Assembly: GCA_963664015.2 (NCBI GenBank)
Contig: CAXXLF010000001.1
Location: forward strand, 576,001-640,000
Origin: Candidatus Binatia bacterium
Lineage (GTDB): Bacteria > Desulfobacterota > Binatia > UBA9968 > CAXXLF01
Length of the DNA stretch: 64,000 nucleotides
Reading direction: 5' to 3'
The position numbers were made by a program, and so were the translations under genes. Shown one piece after another: positions 53,174 through 62,909 of the stretch. Position 1 is the stretch's first letter. The number at the start of each line of letters is the position of its first letter. The notes beneath the pieces were generated by a model. That model was not told the origin of the DNA and ran no database searches. It saw only the letters and a list, made by a program, of their open reading frames with translations.

Positions 53174-54277
53174 TTGGATAATTTGGACCATTCGGATCAG
53201 CCCGCCGAGAACACCCAACAACCCGGTCGCCTGAAAAGGTTCTTCGCACGTCTGAAACCGGCGCGTTCGCAGGAATCGGAACCTTCGAAGCCACGGAAAC
53301 GCTCGCGGGGGATCCTGGTCGTGATCATCCTCTTACTCCTGGCCCTTCCGGGTCTGGGTATCTACTGGAGCAGGGAACCTGACCTCTTTGACGTCCAGGA
53401 GACGATCCAAAGGAGAGCTGCGAATTCCAACCAGAACATAGTCACAGGATTCGCGACCACCGGCACGCTGATCGAGGTGGCCGAGCGATTACTGAACAAA
53501 CCGGGCGGCTATTTGAGCAACGATATTCTCCCACCGGGAGTCCTGATGGACAACCTGCCCAATTGGGAGTTTGGCATCCTAGTACAAATACGAGATCTCG
53601 CCAGGTCGCTTCGCAACGACATGAGCCGGGCCCAGACCCAATCCCAGGCTAACCCGGATCTGGCCATAGCCGAACCCCAATTCAGTGTGAACAGCTACGC
53701 CTGGTTATTCCCTGCAGCAGAGACCGAATACCAAAAGGGGATCGAAGCCCTGGAACGGTATCTTGCCGGCGTTGCAGATACCGCAAATTCCCAAGCGCAG
53801 TTTTTCGCCCGTGCCGACAACCTTCGCAACTGGTTGAGGATTGTCGCATCACGATTGGGGAGCCTGTCCCAACGCCTGAGCGCCAGCGTAGGTCAGCAAC
53901 GCATCAATACGGACCTGGCAGGCGATGCGGAGGCCACTCAATCCACTCCCCTGGCAGACCAAGTTGAAATCAAGACCCCCTGGTTAGAGGTAGACAACGT
54001 TTTTTATGAAGCGCGGGGGACTAGTTGGGCCTTGATCCACTTCCTACGCGCAGCGGAGATAGACTTCAAGGAAGTCCTGGAAAAGAAAAACGCATTGCGC
54101 AGCGTCCAGCAAATCATTCGGGAGTTGGAAGGAACCCAGCGAACCGTCTGGAGCCCGGTTGTCCTCAACGGGTCGGATTTCGGTTTTACGGCCAACTACT
54201 CTCTCGTCATGTCCTCCTACATCGCCAGAGCGAACGCCGGGATCATCGATCTGACCAATTTACTGAGCCAGGGTTAG
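53174..54277 (+). CDS. DUF2333 family protein
   Basis: YWSREP, KPGGYLSND, DNLPNWEFG, ARADNL, DNVFYEARG, ANYSLVM. Confidence 0.8.
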   Translation: MDNLDHSDQPAENTQQPGRLKRFFARLKPARSQESEPSKPRKRSRGILVVIILLLLALPGLGIYWSREPDLFDVQETIQRRAANSNQNIVTGFATTGTLIEVAERLLNKPGGYLSNDILPPGVLMDNLPNWEFGILVQIRDLARSLRNDMSRAQTQSQANPDLAIAEPQFSVNSYAWLFPAAETEYQKGIEALERYLAGVADTANSQAQFFARADNLRNWLRIVASRLGSLSQRLSASVGQQRINTDLAGDAEATQSTPLADQVEIKTPWLEVDNVFYEARGTSWALIHFLRAAEIDFKEVLEKKNALRSVQQIIRELEGTQRTVWSPVVLNGSDFGFTANYSLVMSSYIARANAGIIDLTNLLSQG

Positions 54278-54436
54278 GTAAGGCACGGCTACCTCTAAGT
54301 ACCAAGCCATTCCAGGAGATATTCAGTGCCCGATGTCTTATCTGGCTGCTTGGCCTGTTCAAGCTGATTGAGGCGTTCCATCGAATACACTTGCTACCGA
54401 TCTTGCTGCACATCTACTAATTAAACGACCGTAACC

Positions 54437-55177
54437 ATGGACGAGGGGCCGAAATCGAAGGATACCATCCGTAAGGAGGTTTGGCGGAACTTGAAGGAAA
54501 GCAAGGTGACCCGCTTCCCCGGCGTTAAAGGCAGAATTCCTAACTTTATCGGCGCCGAGAGCGCAGCACGCCGGCTCTGTGAGTCTCGTCTGTGGAAAAA
54601 GGCTAAGATCATCAAGATCAACCCAGACTCGCCCCAACGTGCCATCCGTCAGAAAGCCCTCGAGGAGGGAAAAACCCTTTATATGGCAGTGCCCCGATTG
54701 AGAGAGGAAAAGCCTTTCATTGAAGTGGATCCCAAAAAAGTAAAGGGATCCCCTCTTCAAGCCTCGTCCATCAAGGGGGCGGACCGCTACGGCCGCCTGG
54801 TTTCACTTCAAGAAGTCAAAAAGATCGATCTGATTGTCTGCGGTTCCGTCGCCGTCAACAAGGAAGGTGCACGAATAGGCAAAGGTGGAGGCTACTCGGA
54901 CATCGAGTACGCCATACTCCGGGAAGAGGGTAAAGTCGACGTTAAGACACCGATCATCACCACGGTTCACCGATTGCAAATCCTTAGCGAGCCGATACCT
55001 ATGACTGAGCACGACATCCCCTTGAACGCGGTGGCTACGGATACCGAATTTATTATCGTCAAGAACCGCCACCGAAAACCGACGGGAATTTATTGGCAGA
55101 GCCTGGAACCGGAAAAGATCGAGGCCATCCCCATTTTACAGTCACGGATGGGTTTCGGGAGCAAGACCGGTCAGTGA
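54437..55177 (+). CDS. 5-formyltetrahydrofolate cyclo-ligase paralog (MTHFSD type)
   Basis: GRIPNFIGA, KINPDSPQ, GSVAV..GARIGKGGGYSDIEY, HDIP. Confidence 0.85.
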   Translation: MDEGPKSKDTIRKEVWRNLKESKVTRFPGVKGRIPNFIGAESAARRLCESRLWKKAKIIKINPDSPQRAIRQKALEEGKTLYMAVPRLREEKPFIEVDPKKVKGSPLQASSIKGADRYGRLVSLQEVKKIDLIVCGSVAVNKEGARIGKGGGYSDIEYAILREEGKVDVKTPIITTVHRLQILSEPIPMTEHDIPLNAVATDTEFIIVKNRHRKPTGIYWQSLEPEKIEAIPILQSRMGFGSKTGQ

Positions 55178-55611
55178 AAGGAGCTCCCGTTCTTCCCTTT
55201 CTCATCGAGGAAGGGTTGCCGCCCCGTATAGCCATCCTGAATGCCATGCCAGTGGCTGATACTTTCCTCATCATAGCGCCAACACAAAAACACCGCTTCG
55301 CCTCCCATCATACAGGGAAAGTCCACCAGCCCCTCTTCGACCCCCTTGCAAACGCAGCCTATTCCGTTGATCTCTTCTACCAGCGATTCCAACTGTGCCA
55401 TGGCATCACGGACGGTCTCGTCTTTCTGGAGACGATTCAACAAGTCTGGGCTTTCGGGTTCAATACCCTCCTTACGAATGACCGTCTCGCTTTTGCTTCT
55501 CAATAGATCAAGACACTCAAAGATTCGCTTCATCAGGGGCCGCAAGGTTGGTAGCAGCCCCCTAGCCTCGGCAATCGTGAAAAGACGGGGAAAGGCCTGG
55601 TAACGACTCAT
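55171..55611 (-). CDS. DUF2203 family protein
   Basis: FTIAEA..LP, GLVDFP, VFLCWRYDE, WH....GY.GR. Confidence 0.85.
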   Translation of the reverse strand: MSRYQAFPRLFTIAEARGLLPTLRPLMKRIFECLDLLRSKSETVIRKEGIEPESPDLLNRLQKDETVRDAMAQLESLVEEINGIGCVCKGVEEGLVDFPCMMGGEAVFLCWRYDEESISHWHGIQDGYTGRQPFLDEKGKNGSSFH

Positions 55612-55635
55612 GATACAGGTACGCTCGCTGCCAGG

Positions 55636-56928
55636 TTAGAGACCCAGCCCCTTTTCTAATTCCTTGAGCAGGGAGATGTTGTCCGAATGACCAGTCATAC
55701 AGGCCGTGACCATACCCCGGATGGGTTTACCTAACAAATAAAAGTCCCCCACAATGTCGAGGATTTTATGACGGGCGAGTTCATTGGGATAACGCAGGTC
55801 TGTGTTGATGATCTTATCATCGTCAATCAAAATACAATTGGTGAGACGACCTCCATTGGCCAGGCCCATCTTCTCCAGCTGCTCGATATCTTTGACAAAA
55901 CCAAAGGTACGCGCCGCAGCAATCTCCTCGCGAAAGGACTCGGCGCCCGTATGAATGTATGTATGCTCCTGCATTCCTACCGGTGCCGGGTAATTGAGAA
56001 TATAGCGCACTCCAAAGGTATCCGCCGGCTCGATCGTAATCCACTCGCCCCCCTTGGCTTCTGCACGGTAAGTCTTGTCGACTACGATCTCCGACCAGGC
56101 CGCGTCCTGCTCCTCAATCCCCGCCTCTTCGATCAACCGGCAAAATTCCAACGCCGAGCCGTCCATGATTGGAATCTCGTCGTGCATTTTGACCAACAGG
56201 TTACTGATTCCGTAGGAATGCAAGGTGGCAAGAAAGTGTTCCACCGTTTTCACTATGATACCCTTGGATTGAAGCGATGTCGCGTATCCGGTGGAATGCA
56301 CGTAATGCAGGAGTGCTGGGACGGTGGCATCGGCTGAAATGCCGGTAAAGAGTATGCCACTGTTGGGCGGCAGCGGATGAAGGATCAGCCCCGTCTTCAC
56401 ACCCGAGTGAAGCCCCTGCCCGGCACCGACAACACCCTTTTTAAGCGTCTTCTGCTTTAACGTCTTCTTTGGAATTCTCTTGGACTTCGATGCCCGGGCA
56501 CGGGGTTGCCCCTTGGCTCGCGGGGCGATCTTCTTTTTGGCCGGGCTCTTCGGTGCGGGATAGTCCTCCAGCGCCCGATGCACCGTTTCCAACAAGCTGT
56601 CCAGGGAGAGGGGCTTTTCCAGGAAATCAAAGGCTCCCAGCTTCGCAGCCGCGACAGCCGTATGGATATTTCCATGACCGGAAATCATAATCACCCGCGT
56701 TTCCGGCTGCCGGTCCTTGATGTGCTTCAAGAGATCGATCCCGTCCATGTCCGGCATCCAGATGTCCAGCAGGACGAGATCGGGCCGCACTTTCCCGATA
56801 AGGTCCAACGCTCGAGCCCCCTGCTGAGCCTCCGCAACTTTGTATCCCTCATCGGTCAGGATTTCCCGTACGGTCTCGCGAATTCCACCCTCATCATCAA
56901 CCACTAAAATGGTTTTTTCTTTTTTCAT
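55636..56928 (-). CDS. lpxC: Receiver domain-LpxC fusion (UDP-3-O-acyl-GlcNAc deacetylase)
   Basis: aa 1-120 receiver (DD, D55 in LLDIWMP, ISGHG, KP); aa ~158-430 LpxC (QKTL, GLHSG, TVEH, PIMDGSA, ARTFGF, HKILD..GD, GH). Confidence 0.93.
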   Translation of the reverse strand: MKKEKTILVVDDEGGIRETVREILTDEGYKVAEAQQGARALDLIGKVRPDLVLLDIWMPDMDGIDLLKHIKDRQPETRVIMISGHGNIHTAVAAAKLGAFDFLEKPLSLDSLLETVHRALEDYPAPKSPAKKKIAPRAKGQPRARASKSKRIPKKTLKQKTLKKGVVGAGQGLHSGVKTGLILHPLPPNSGILFTGISADATVPALLHYVHSTGYATSLQSKGIIVKTVEHFLATLHSYGISNLLVKMHDEIPIMDGSALEFCRLIEEAGIEEQDAAWSEIVVDKTYRAEAKGGEWITIEPADTFGVRYILNYPAPVGMQEHTYIHTGAESFREEIAAARTFGFVKDIEQLEKMGLANGGRLTNCILIDDDKIINTDLRYPNELARHKILDIVGDFYLLGKPIRGMVTACMTGHSDNISLLKELEKGLGL

Positions 56929-56983
56929 CAGTCCAAGCTTTCCGTCGCTGTGATATCAGCTATCCAGATATCTTTGGCCAAAC

Positions 56984-59224
56984 TTAGATGGCCGCACCAT
57001 GCTCCCTTTTCCTCAACTCGGCAGTTCGGGCATGATGGGAAACCGGTAATTCAATCACGAAGCGTGTCCCCTGGGGCTCGTTGGGACGAACCCGGATATA
57101 GCCCCTGTGATCCGCGATGATGGTACTCACAATGGCCAGCCCCAAACCCGTACCGTCTTGCTTGGTGGAAAAATAAGGCTCAAAGATATTTTCTCTGACC
57201 TCCGGAGAGAGGCCGCTGCCATTGTCCGCCACTTCCAGGTGAACGATTCCCAAAGAAGGGTCGTAGTTGGTGGAGATCTCAACCTGGCCGTTTTTACCGA
57301 CCACCGCTACCGCATTATCGAGAAGGTTGATCATTACCCGTTTGATCTGCTCCTGGTCCAGTTCAAGCATGGGGAGCTCCCCCCTCCTATCAAATCGGAA
57401 TTGGATTCCCTTATGGCCCTCATTGAAAAGGAAAAGGGCCTCCTGGACCAGCTCGTTGAGATCATTGGGCGCAAGCTTGGCGGCGGGAAGGCGGGCAAAA
57501 TTGGAGAACTCGTTCACCAGGATTTTGAGGCCCTCGACCTGTTTGATAATCGTCGAAGTACATTTGTCCAGAACATCCCCATCGGTTTTGAGTAAAGACT
57601 CATAACGCTTTCTCAACCGCTGGGCGGAAAGCTGAATAGGGGTGAGCGGGTTTTTGATTTCGTGTGCGATGCGACGGGCCACTTCTCGCCACGCCTCCAT
57701 CCTTTGAACCTTTTGAATCTCCGTAATGTCTTCGAGAAACATCATAGCGCCGAGGGTATTTCCCTCATCGTCTCTCAGAGTAGCGGCAGAAACGACCAGG
57801 GTCAAAACCCGATCACGCCGCGACAGCTTGATCTCCCGTTCGATACCGAAGCTTCCCTGAACCTGATCGACAATCTCCCGGAGAACACCCAATGGCTCCG
57901 ACTGGAAGGACTCGGTATAATGCTTTCCCAGTACCTGCCCCGCGTCGAGCCCCAGGAGCTGCTCACCCGCCCGATTGATGGTCGTCACCCTCCCCTGTGG
58001 GTCAATGGAAACTACCCCCGCCGTCACGTTCGCCAGTAGGGTTTCCATGTATCGCCGTCGCTGCTCCAATTCCGTGTTGATCTGTTTGAGATCACGGGTC
58101 ATCTGATTGAAAGAGTCGACCAGCATTCCGATCTCGTCGTCTCCACTGGCACCGATCTGATAATCCCAATTACCGTGGGCGACTTCGTGAGTTCCTTCTG
58201 CGAGTTTTTGAATTGGAACCGTGATGCCTTTGGCCAGGTAAAGACCAAACCAGGTCGCGGAAAAGATAATCACCAAGGTGAAGAGCATCAAGGTCAACAT
58301 GTAGGTATCCTTGATGTCCTCCTGGAAGATGGCCATATTCTTGTGCTCATCGTAAGAGCGCCGAATCTGGAGTGCCCTTTTGGTTACGCTCTTGGGAACA
58401 AAGTAATCCACAACGACCACTCCAAGGATCTTGCCATCGACGCTCTTGACCGGCACGCCGCCGCGAATGATGTCCCCTTCCCCAAAGGGTTGAGTGCGGG
58501 TCACTTCCAGTCCGCGTAACGCGCGATTGAGGAATTCGGACTCGGGTTTAATCGTGATTCCCGTTGGCACCTGGTCATTGAAAGAAGCCACGAGTGCTTT
58601 TCGCTCCGGTGAGAAGATCTCAACCGTGCCCAGATTATATTCGCGCTGCTTGGACTCGATGAAATCTTTGAGCTTCACTATTTGATCACGCTCAAAGAGC
58701 CCGGCCTCGGTGATTCGCCTGCTGAGCTGTCGGGCGTAAAAGAGCGCATTATTGGCTGCGTTCTGGTAGTAAGTCTCGCCAATCTCCACCGAGCCCCTGA
58801 GTGCGTTGCCTATTTGAGCGTCGAACCACTTATCGAACGACTTGGTGACGAACGCTCCGGCAATAAAATAGAGGAGCAACGTCGGGACCAGGGAAAGTCC
58901 GATAAAAACCACGACCAGGCGGACCCGCAGGCGCGATCCCAGGATCCCCCTTCTGCGCTCGAACAGGAGCTTGACCAGGTTACGGACGACCAGGAAGACT
59001 AGAAGAACAAGCAGGATGATGTTGATGTTGACGAGGAGGAAAAAAGCGATGTTGTTGCTGAGGGAATAATCCGTGGAGATTTCCGGGAGCAGGAGCTCGA
59101 AGAAGGCAAAGAGCAGTACCATCAGGGTGGCAATGAGCATAACCCACCCCTCGCGTTTTCTCCTTTTCACCTCCTCGTTTCGGAGGCTATCTTCTAATTC
59201 AACAGACCTGTTCGGTGAAACCAT
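56984..59224 (-). CDS. ntrY: NtrY-family sensor histidine kinase (TMs, periplasmic domain, HAMP, PAS)
   Basis: AWREVARRIAHEIKNPLTPIQLSA H-box, NLLDNA, DNGSG, GTGLGL. Confidence 0.9.
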   Translation of the reverse strand: MVSPNRSVELEDSLRNEEVKRRKREGWVMLIATLMVLLFAFFELLLPEISTDYSLSNNIAFFLLVNINIILLVLLVFLVVRNLVKLLFERRRGILGSRLRVRLVVVFIGLSLVPTLLLYFIAGAFVTKSFDKWFDAQIGNALRGSVEIGETYYQNAANNALFYARQLSRRITEAGLFERDQIVKLKDFIESKQREYNLGTVEIFSPERKALVASFNDQVPTGITIKPESEFLNRALRGLEVTRTQPFGEGDIIRGGVPVKSVDGKILGVVVVDYFVPKSVTKRALQIRRSYDEHKNMAIFQEDIKDTYMLTLMLFTLVIIFSATWFGLYLAKGITVPIQKLAEGTHEVAHGNWDYQIGASGDDEIGMLVDSFNQMTRDLKQINTELEQRRRYMETLLANVTAGVVSIDPQGRVTTINRAGEQLLGLDAGQVLGKHYTESFQSEPLGVLREIVDQVQGSFGIEREIKLSRRDRVLTLVVSAATLRDDEGNTLGAMMFLEDITEIQKVQRMEAWREVARRIAHEIKNPLTPIQLSAQRLRKRYESLLKTDGDVLDKCTSTIIKQVEGLKILVNEFSNFARLPAAKLAPNDLNELVQEALFLFNEGHKGIQFRFDRRGELPMLELDQEQIKRVMINLLDNAVAVVGKNGQVEISTNYDPSLGIVHLEVADNGSGLSPEVRENIFEPYFSTKQDGTGLGLAIVSTIIADHRGYIRVRPNEPQGTRFVIELPVSHHARTAELRKREHGAAI

Positions 59225-59265
59225 AAGCAATCACACGCCAAATAACCGCGCCAGAACCTCATCCT

Positions 59266-59568
59266 CTATCGTCTGAACGAGGACAGGACATGCATTCATA
59301 GGGTGCTGATAAGCAGGCTTGTAGCCGGTAGAAAATGAAGCCTCCACGGGCTTACGCCGGTAGAATCCTTCCATTCTCCGGCGGAATCCACGGACGCACC
59401 CTCCTTTCCTACTCCGCCGAAGCAGCCGATTCGGCTGCGGAGGCGAATGACCCGAAAAGTTACCCCTTTCAATGGCCATTCCCCCGGTAGATACCCCAAC
59501 GTAAATACCACGCCCATCACGACCAATACAACGCCGATAGCGATAATGATCCGGCCGAGGAGGCTCAT
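59266..59568 (-). pseudogene. DUF2905 family protein, disrupted
   Basis: LGYLPG / AIERGNF / insert / HFLPATSLLIS..*..FRR*; frameshift, ~112-bp insert and TGA 59296. Confidence 0.7.
59341..59452. mobile_element. Palindromic REP/MITE-like insertion
   Basis: Hairpins CCGGTAGAAT..ATTCTCCGG and GCAGCCGA-T-TCGGCTGC interrupt a conserved coding motif. Confidence 0.55.
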
Positions 59569-59587
59569 TCCTTGTATAACCTTTGAA

Positions 59588-60631
59588 TTACAAAAGGTTC
59601 TGTTGCTTACCGGACTCGCCCCTTTGGTTCGCATCTTTACGGCGACCGAAATGCTTGTAGGCCAGCGCGGTTGCGACCCGTCCCCGGGGGGTACGATTCA
59701 GGTAACCGATCTGGATCAGGTAGGGCTCATAGGCGTCCTCGATGGTGTCCTTCTCTTCCCCGATAGCGGCTGCCAGAGTTTCTAAACCGACAGGCCCTCC
59801 GTCGAATTTGTCAATCAGAGTGAGCAGGATCATGGTGTCCATTTTATCCAAGCCACCGCGGTCGATCTCTAACATTGCAAGAGCGCGCTCGGTTACCTCT
59901 TGTGTAATGGTGCCATCCCCCTTGACCTGGGCGTAATCGCGAACCCTGCGCAGCAAACGATTAGCTATTCTCGGTGTGCCCCGGGAACGTCGTGCAATCT
60001 CGGCGAACCCATCAGGATTCCCCTTCGTCCCCAAGATAGCAGCCGAGCGCTGCAGGATTTGCACCAATGTCTCCGGCGCATAAAAATCGAGTCGAAAGAC
60101 AGCACCGAATCGATTGCGCAAAGCCGGAGTAAGAAGACCGGACCGGGTGGTTGCCCCTATTAATGTAAACCGCTTGAGTTCCAGCTTAATGGATCGAGCG
60201 GACGGCCCCTGGCCAATCATAATATCGACCTGATAGTCCTCCATGGCCGGATAGAGGACCTCTTCGACAATGTGGTTTAATCGATGAATTTCATCGATAA
60301 ACAGAATATCGCCTTCCTGCAGGTTGGTTAGTAGCGCAGCAAGATCTCCCGGCCGCTCCACTACCGGGCCCGAGGTCGCCTTGATGTTCACACCCATTTC
60401 TTTCGAAATAATGTAGGCCAAGGAGGTCTTACCCAGACCCGGCGGCCCATGAAAGAGGAAATGGTCTAAAACGTCCTTGCGCCCCCGGGCCGCGGCAATG
60501 GCCACCTTGAGGTTCTCCTTGACCTTTTCCTGCCCCACATATTCTTCGAAGCCACGAGGTCGGAGACCGGTCTCGAAGCTTATGTCCTCTTCCGTCGGAC
60601 GGGTAGAGATTTCGTTGGGACTCATAGTCAT
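59588..60631 (-). CDS. ruvB: Holliday junction DNA helicase RuvB
   Basis: [39 protein letters not shown]. Confidence 0.98.
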   Translation of the reverse strand: MTMSPNEISTRPTEEDISFETGLRPRGFEEYVGQEKVKENLKVAIAAARGRKDVLDHFLFHGPPGLGKTSLAYIISKEMGVNIKATSGPVVERPGDLAALLTNLQEGDILFIDEIHRLNHIVEEVLYPAMEDYQVDIMIGQGPSARSIKLELKRFTLIGATTRSGLLTPALRNRFGAVFRLDFYAPETLVQILQRSAAILGTKGNPDGFAEIARRSRGTPRIANRLLRRVRDYAQVKGDGTITQEVTERALAMLEIDRGGLDKMDTMILLTLIDKFDGGPVGLETLAAAIGEEKDTIEDAYEPYLIQIGYLNRTPRGRVATALAYKHFGRRKDANQRGESGKQQNLL

Positions 60632-60728
60632 CAATGATACCCCCAAACCCCGCTAGGCCCCCGCCAATCCCAGCGTACCAGCCGTATCTTGCGTACCCAG
60701 TTGATCATGTTTATCATGGGTCTCTTCA

Positions 60729-61319
60729 CTACTGACTCAGTCGGCGCAAGGTCTCTTTCAACACCTCTTCCAGATTACCATTGCCGTTCCGTACCACTTC
60801 CCGCACGACCTTATCCGACTCCATACGCCGGTAACCCAGGTTAACCAGAGCGGACACGGCATCCCGCATCAGCTGGGAACTACCATTGGCAGTGTCCATG
60901 GGCTCCGCCTCAGGCATCGCGGCCAGCTTATCTTTCAGTTCTACAATCATCCTCTCGGCAAGGCGCTTCCCCACACCAGGGACGGATACCAAACGGACCT
61001 GGTCGCCATCTATCAAGGCCCGGACCAGTTCCTGGGACGGGATCCCCGAAAGAATACCAAGTGCTAGTTTTGGTCCAATTCCATTCACCCCATTCATCAT
61101 TAAGAAGGCGCGCTTTTCTTCGTGGTCCAGGAAGCCAAAGAGCTGTAGGGCATCCTCACGCAGGTGTGTGTGGACGAATAGACTGACCGGTGCACCGACC
61201 TCTGGAAGCCGGTAAAAGACGCTCAATGAGGTAAACAGATGATAGCCTACTCCGCCAACATCTACGATCGCTTCTCCAGGCGTTTTTTCGGCAAGTGTGC
61301 CGCTTAGTTTCGCTATCAT
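60729..61319 (-). CDS. ruvA: Holliday junction protein RuvA
   Basis: VGGVGY, REDALQLFGF, GIGPKLAL, PGVGKRLAER, ALVNLGY. Confidence 0.96.
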   Translation of the reverse strand: MIAKLSGTLAEKTPGEAIVDVGGVGYHLFTSLSVFYRLPEVGAPVSLFVHTHLREDALQLFGFLDHEEKRAFLMMNGVNGIGPKLALGILSGIPSQELVRALIDGDQVRLVSVPGVGKRLAERMIVELKDKLAAMPEAEPMDTANGSSQLMRDAVSALVNLGYRRMESDKVVREVVRNGNGNLEEVLKETLRRLSQ

Positions 61320-61422
61320 CGGGTTATTCGGTACCGTTTGTCATCTATGGATGTCGGTCGCTCACTCAAACCTGAACCGGCGCAATTGGATGAGCGCCGG
61401 GAACATGCACATGTCGAAAGCC

Positions 61423-61980
61423 TTACCAGTGCCTCCGTCTAGACCGCGTTAGTGAATCCGCAGCCTTTACCTGTGAATGAAAACTATCCTGATGGAGATG
61501 GCAGATGGCCGCTGCAAGGGCGTCGGCAGCGTCGGGAGCGAGGGGGCTGGAGAGATTGAGCAACGATGCAACCATCTTTTGGACCTGCAGCTTGCTGGCG
61601 TGGCCATAACCCACGACGGCTTGTTTGATGGTGACCGAATTGTACTCTTGAACCTCCATTTGGCTTTCGGTAGCGGCCAGTAAGGCCACACCGCGGGCCT
61701 GCCCCAGTTTCAACGCGCTTTGTGCGTTTCGTGCAAAGAAAACCTTTTCCACACTGATAATCCCTGGCTGATAGCGGGAGAGAACCTCGTTGAGCCCGTG
61801 ATAGATTCGGCTCAGCCGCAGCCCCTGCGTCAGACCAGGCTGCATCGTAATAGTACCATGGGCCAGATGAAATAGAGAGGTGCCATGGAGTTCTACAATT
61901 CCCCAGCCCGTATGAATGGTACCGGGGTCGACTCCCAGAACCCGTCCCCCATTATTATCTGTCACCGGCCCGGTTCCCAA
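61423..61980 (-). CDS. ruvC: Crossover junction endodeoxyribonuclease RuvC
   Basis: LGVDPG, VEKVF, LGQARG, DAADALAAAICH. Confidence 0.96.
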   Translation of the reverse strand: MGTGPVTDNNGGRVLGVDPGTIHTGWGIVELHGTSLFHLAHGTITMQPGLTQGLRLSRIYHGLNEVLSRYQPGIISVEKVFFARNAQSALKLGQARGVALLAATESQMEVQEYNSVTIKQAVVGYGHASKLQVQKMVASLLNLSSPLAPDAADALAAAICHLHQDSFHSQVKAADSLTRSRRRHW

Positions 61981-62003
61981 ATCGCGAACTCCTCGAGCCG
62001 TTT

Positions 62004-62750
62004 TTAACCGGCATTTTCTAAAAATTCATCAGGGATGTCGAAGCTCGCAGATACGGTCTGGACATCCTCTTGCTCTTCGAGTTCCTCGGCAAGCTTCAGC
62101 GCATGCTCTGCGTATTTGGCTTCCAGGAGCACCGTATTCTTGGGTATCATGGAGGTTTGTGCCGTGACCATGGGAACCTTCTCTTTTTCGAGGTGTGCCC
62201 TGAGTCTCTCAAAGTCTTCCGGTGGAACCATAACTTCAAAGTGGCCGTCTTCCTCACGCACGTCCTCGGCCCCGCCCTCAAGAGCTATGCTCATCAACCG
62301 TTCCTCTTCGATCTCATTAGTATTGACGGTGATCAACCCCTTATTGTCGAACATCCATGCCACACATCCATTCTCACCCAGACTGCCGCCGTATCTTGTG
62401 AACAGGCGGCGGATCTCCGATACAGTACGGTTTTTGTTGTCGGTAACTACATGGACCATCATGGCAGCACCACCGGGGCCGTACCCCTCGTAGCTAACCT
62501 CTTCATAGGCCGCGGAATCCAATCCGCCGGTTCCTTTTTTGATGGCCCGGTCGATGTTTTCCGCAGGCATGCTGGCCGCCTTGCCCGTGAGGACCGCGGT
62601 ACGCAGACGCGGGTTGGCATTGATATCCCCCCCACCCAAACGGGCAGCCACCGTAATTTCCTTGATGAGCTTGGTAAAAAGCTTGCCTCTTTTGACGTCC
62701 TTGGCAGCCTTTTTATGTTTGATTGAGCTCCATTTCGAATGGCCCGACAT
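62004..62750 (-). CDS. yebC: YebC/PmpR family protein
   Basis: MSGHSKWSSIKHKK, YEGYGPGG, TDNKNRT. Confidence 0.96.
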   Translation of the reverse strand: MSGHSKWSSIKHKKAAKDVKRGKLFTKLIKEITVAARLGGGDINANPRLRTAVLTGKAASMPAENIDRAIKKGTGGLDSAAYEEVSYEGYGPGGAAMMVHVVTDNKNRTVSEIRRLFTRYGGSLGENGCVAWMFDNKGLITVNTNEIEEERLMSIALEGGAEDVREEDGHFEVMVPPEDFERLRAHLEKEKVPMVTAQTSMIPKNTVLLEAKYAEHALKLAEELEEQEDVQTVSASFDIPDEFLENAG

Positions 62751-62909
62751 AAGGTCAATCCCCTCTTAATGGACTTGCCCCGAATCAGGGGGCACGCGGT
62801 ATGATACTTATGTTTCCTTACTTAACACAATCCTGTACGTGGGTAAATGCCCCATTTCACAGGATTTGTCTTCCACCTGAGGAAGCAATCCGCTATAATC
62901 TTTTCTACC

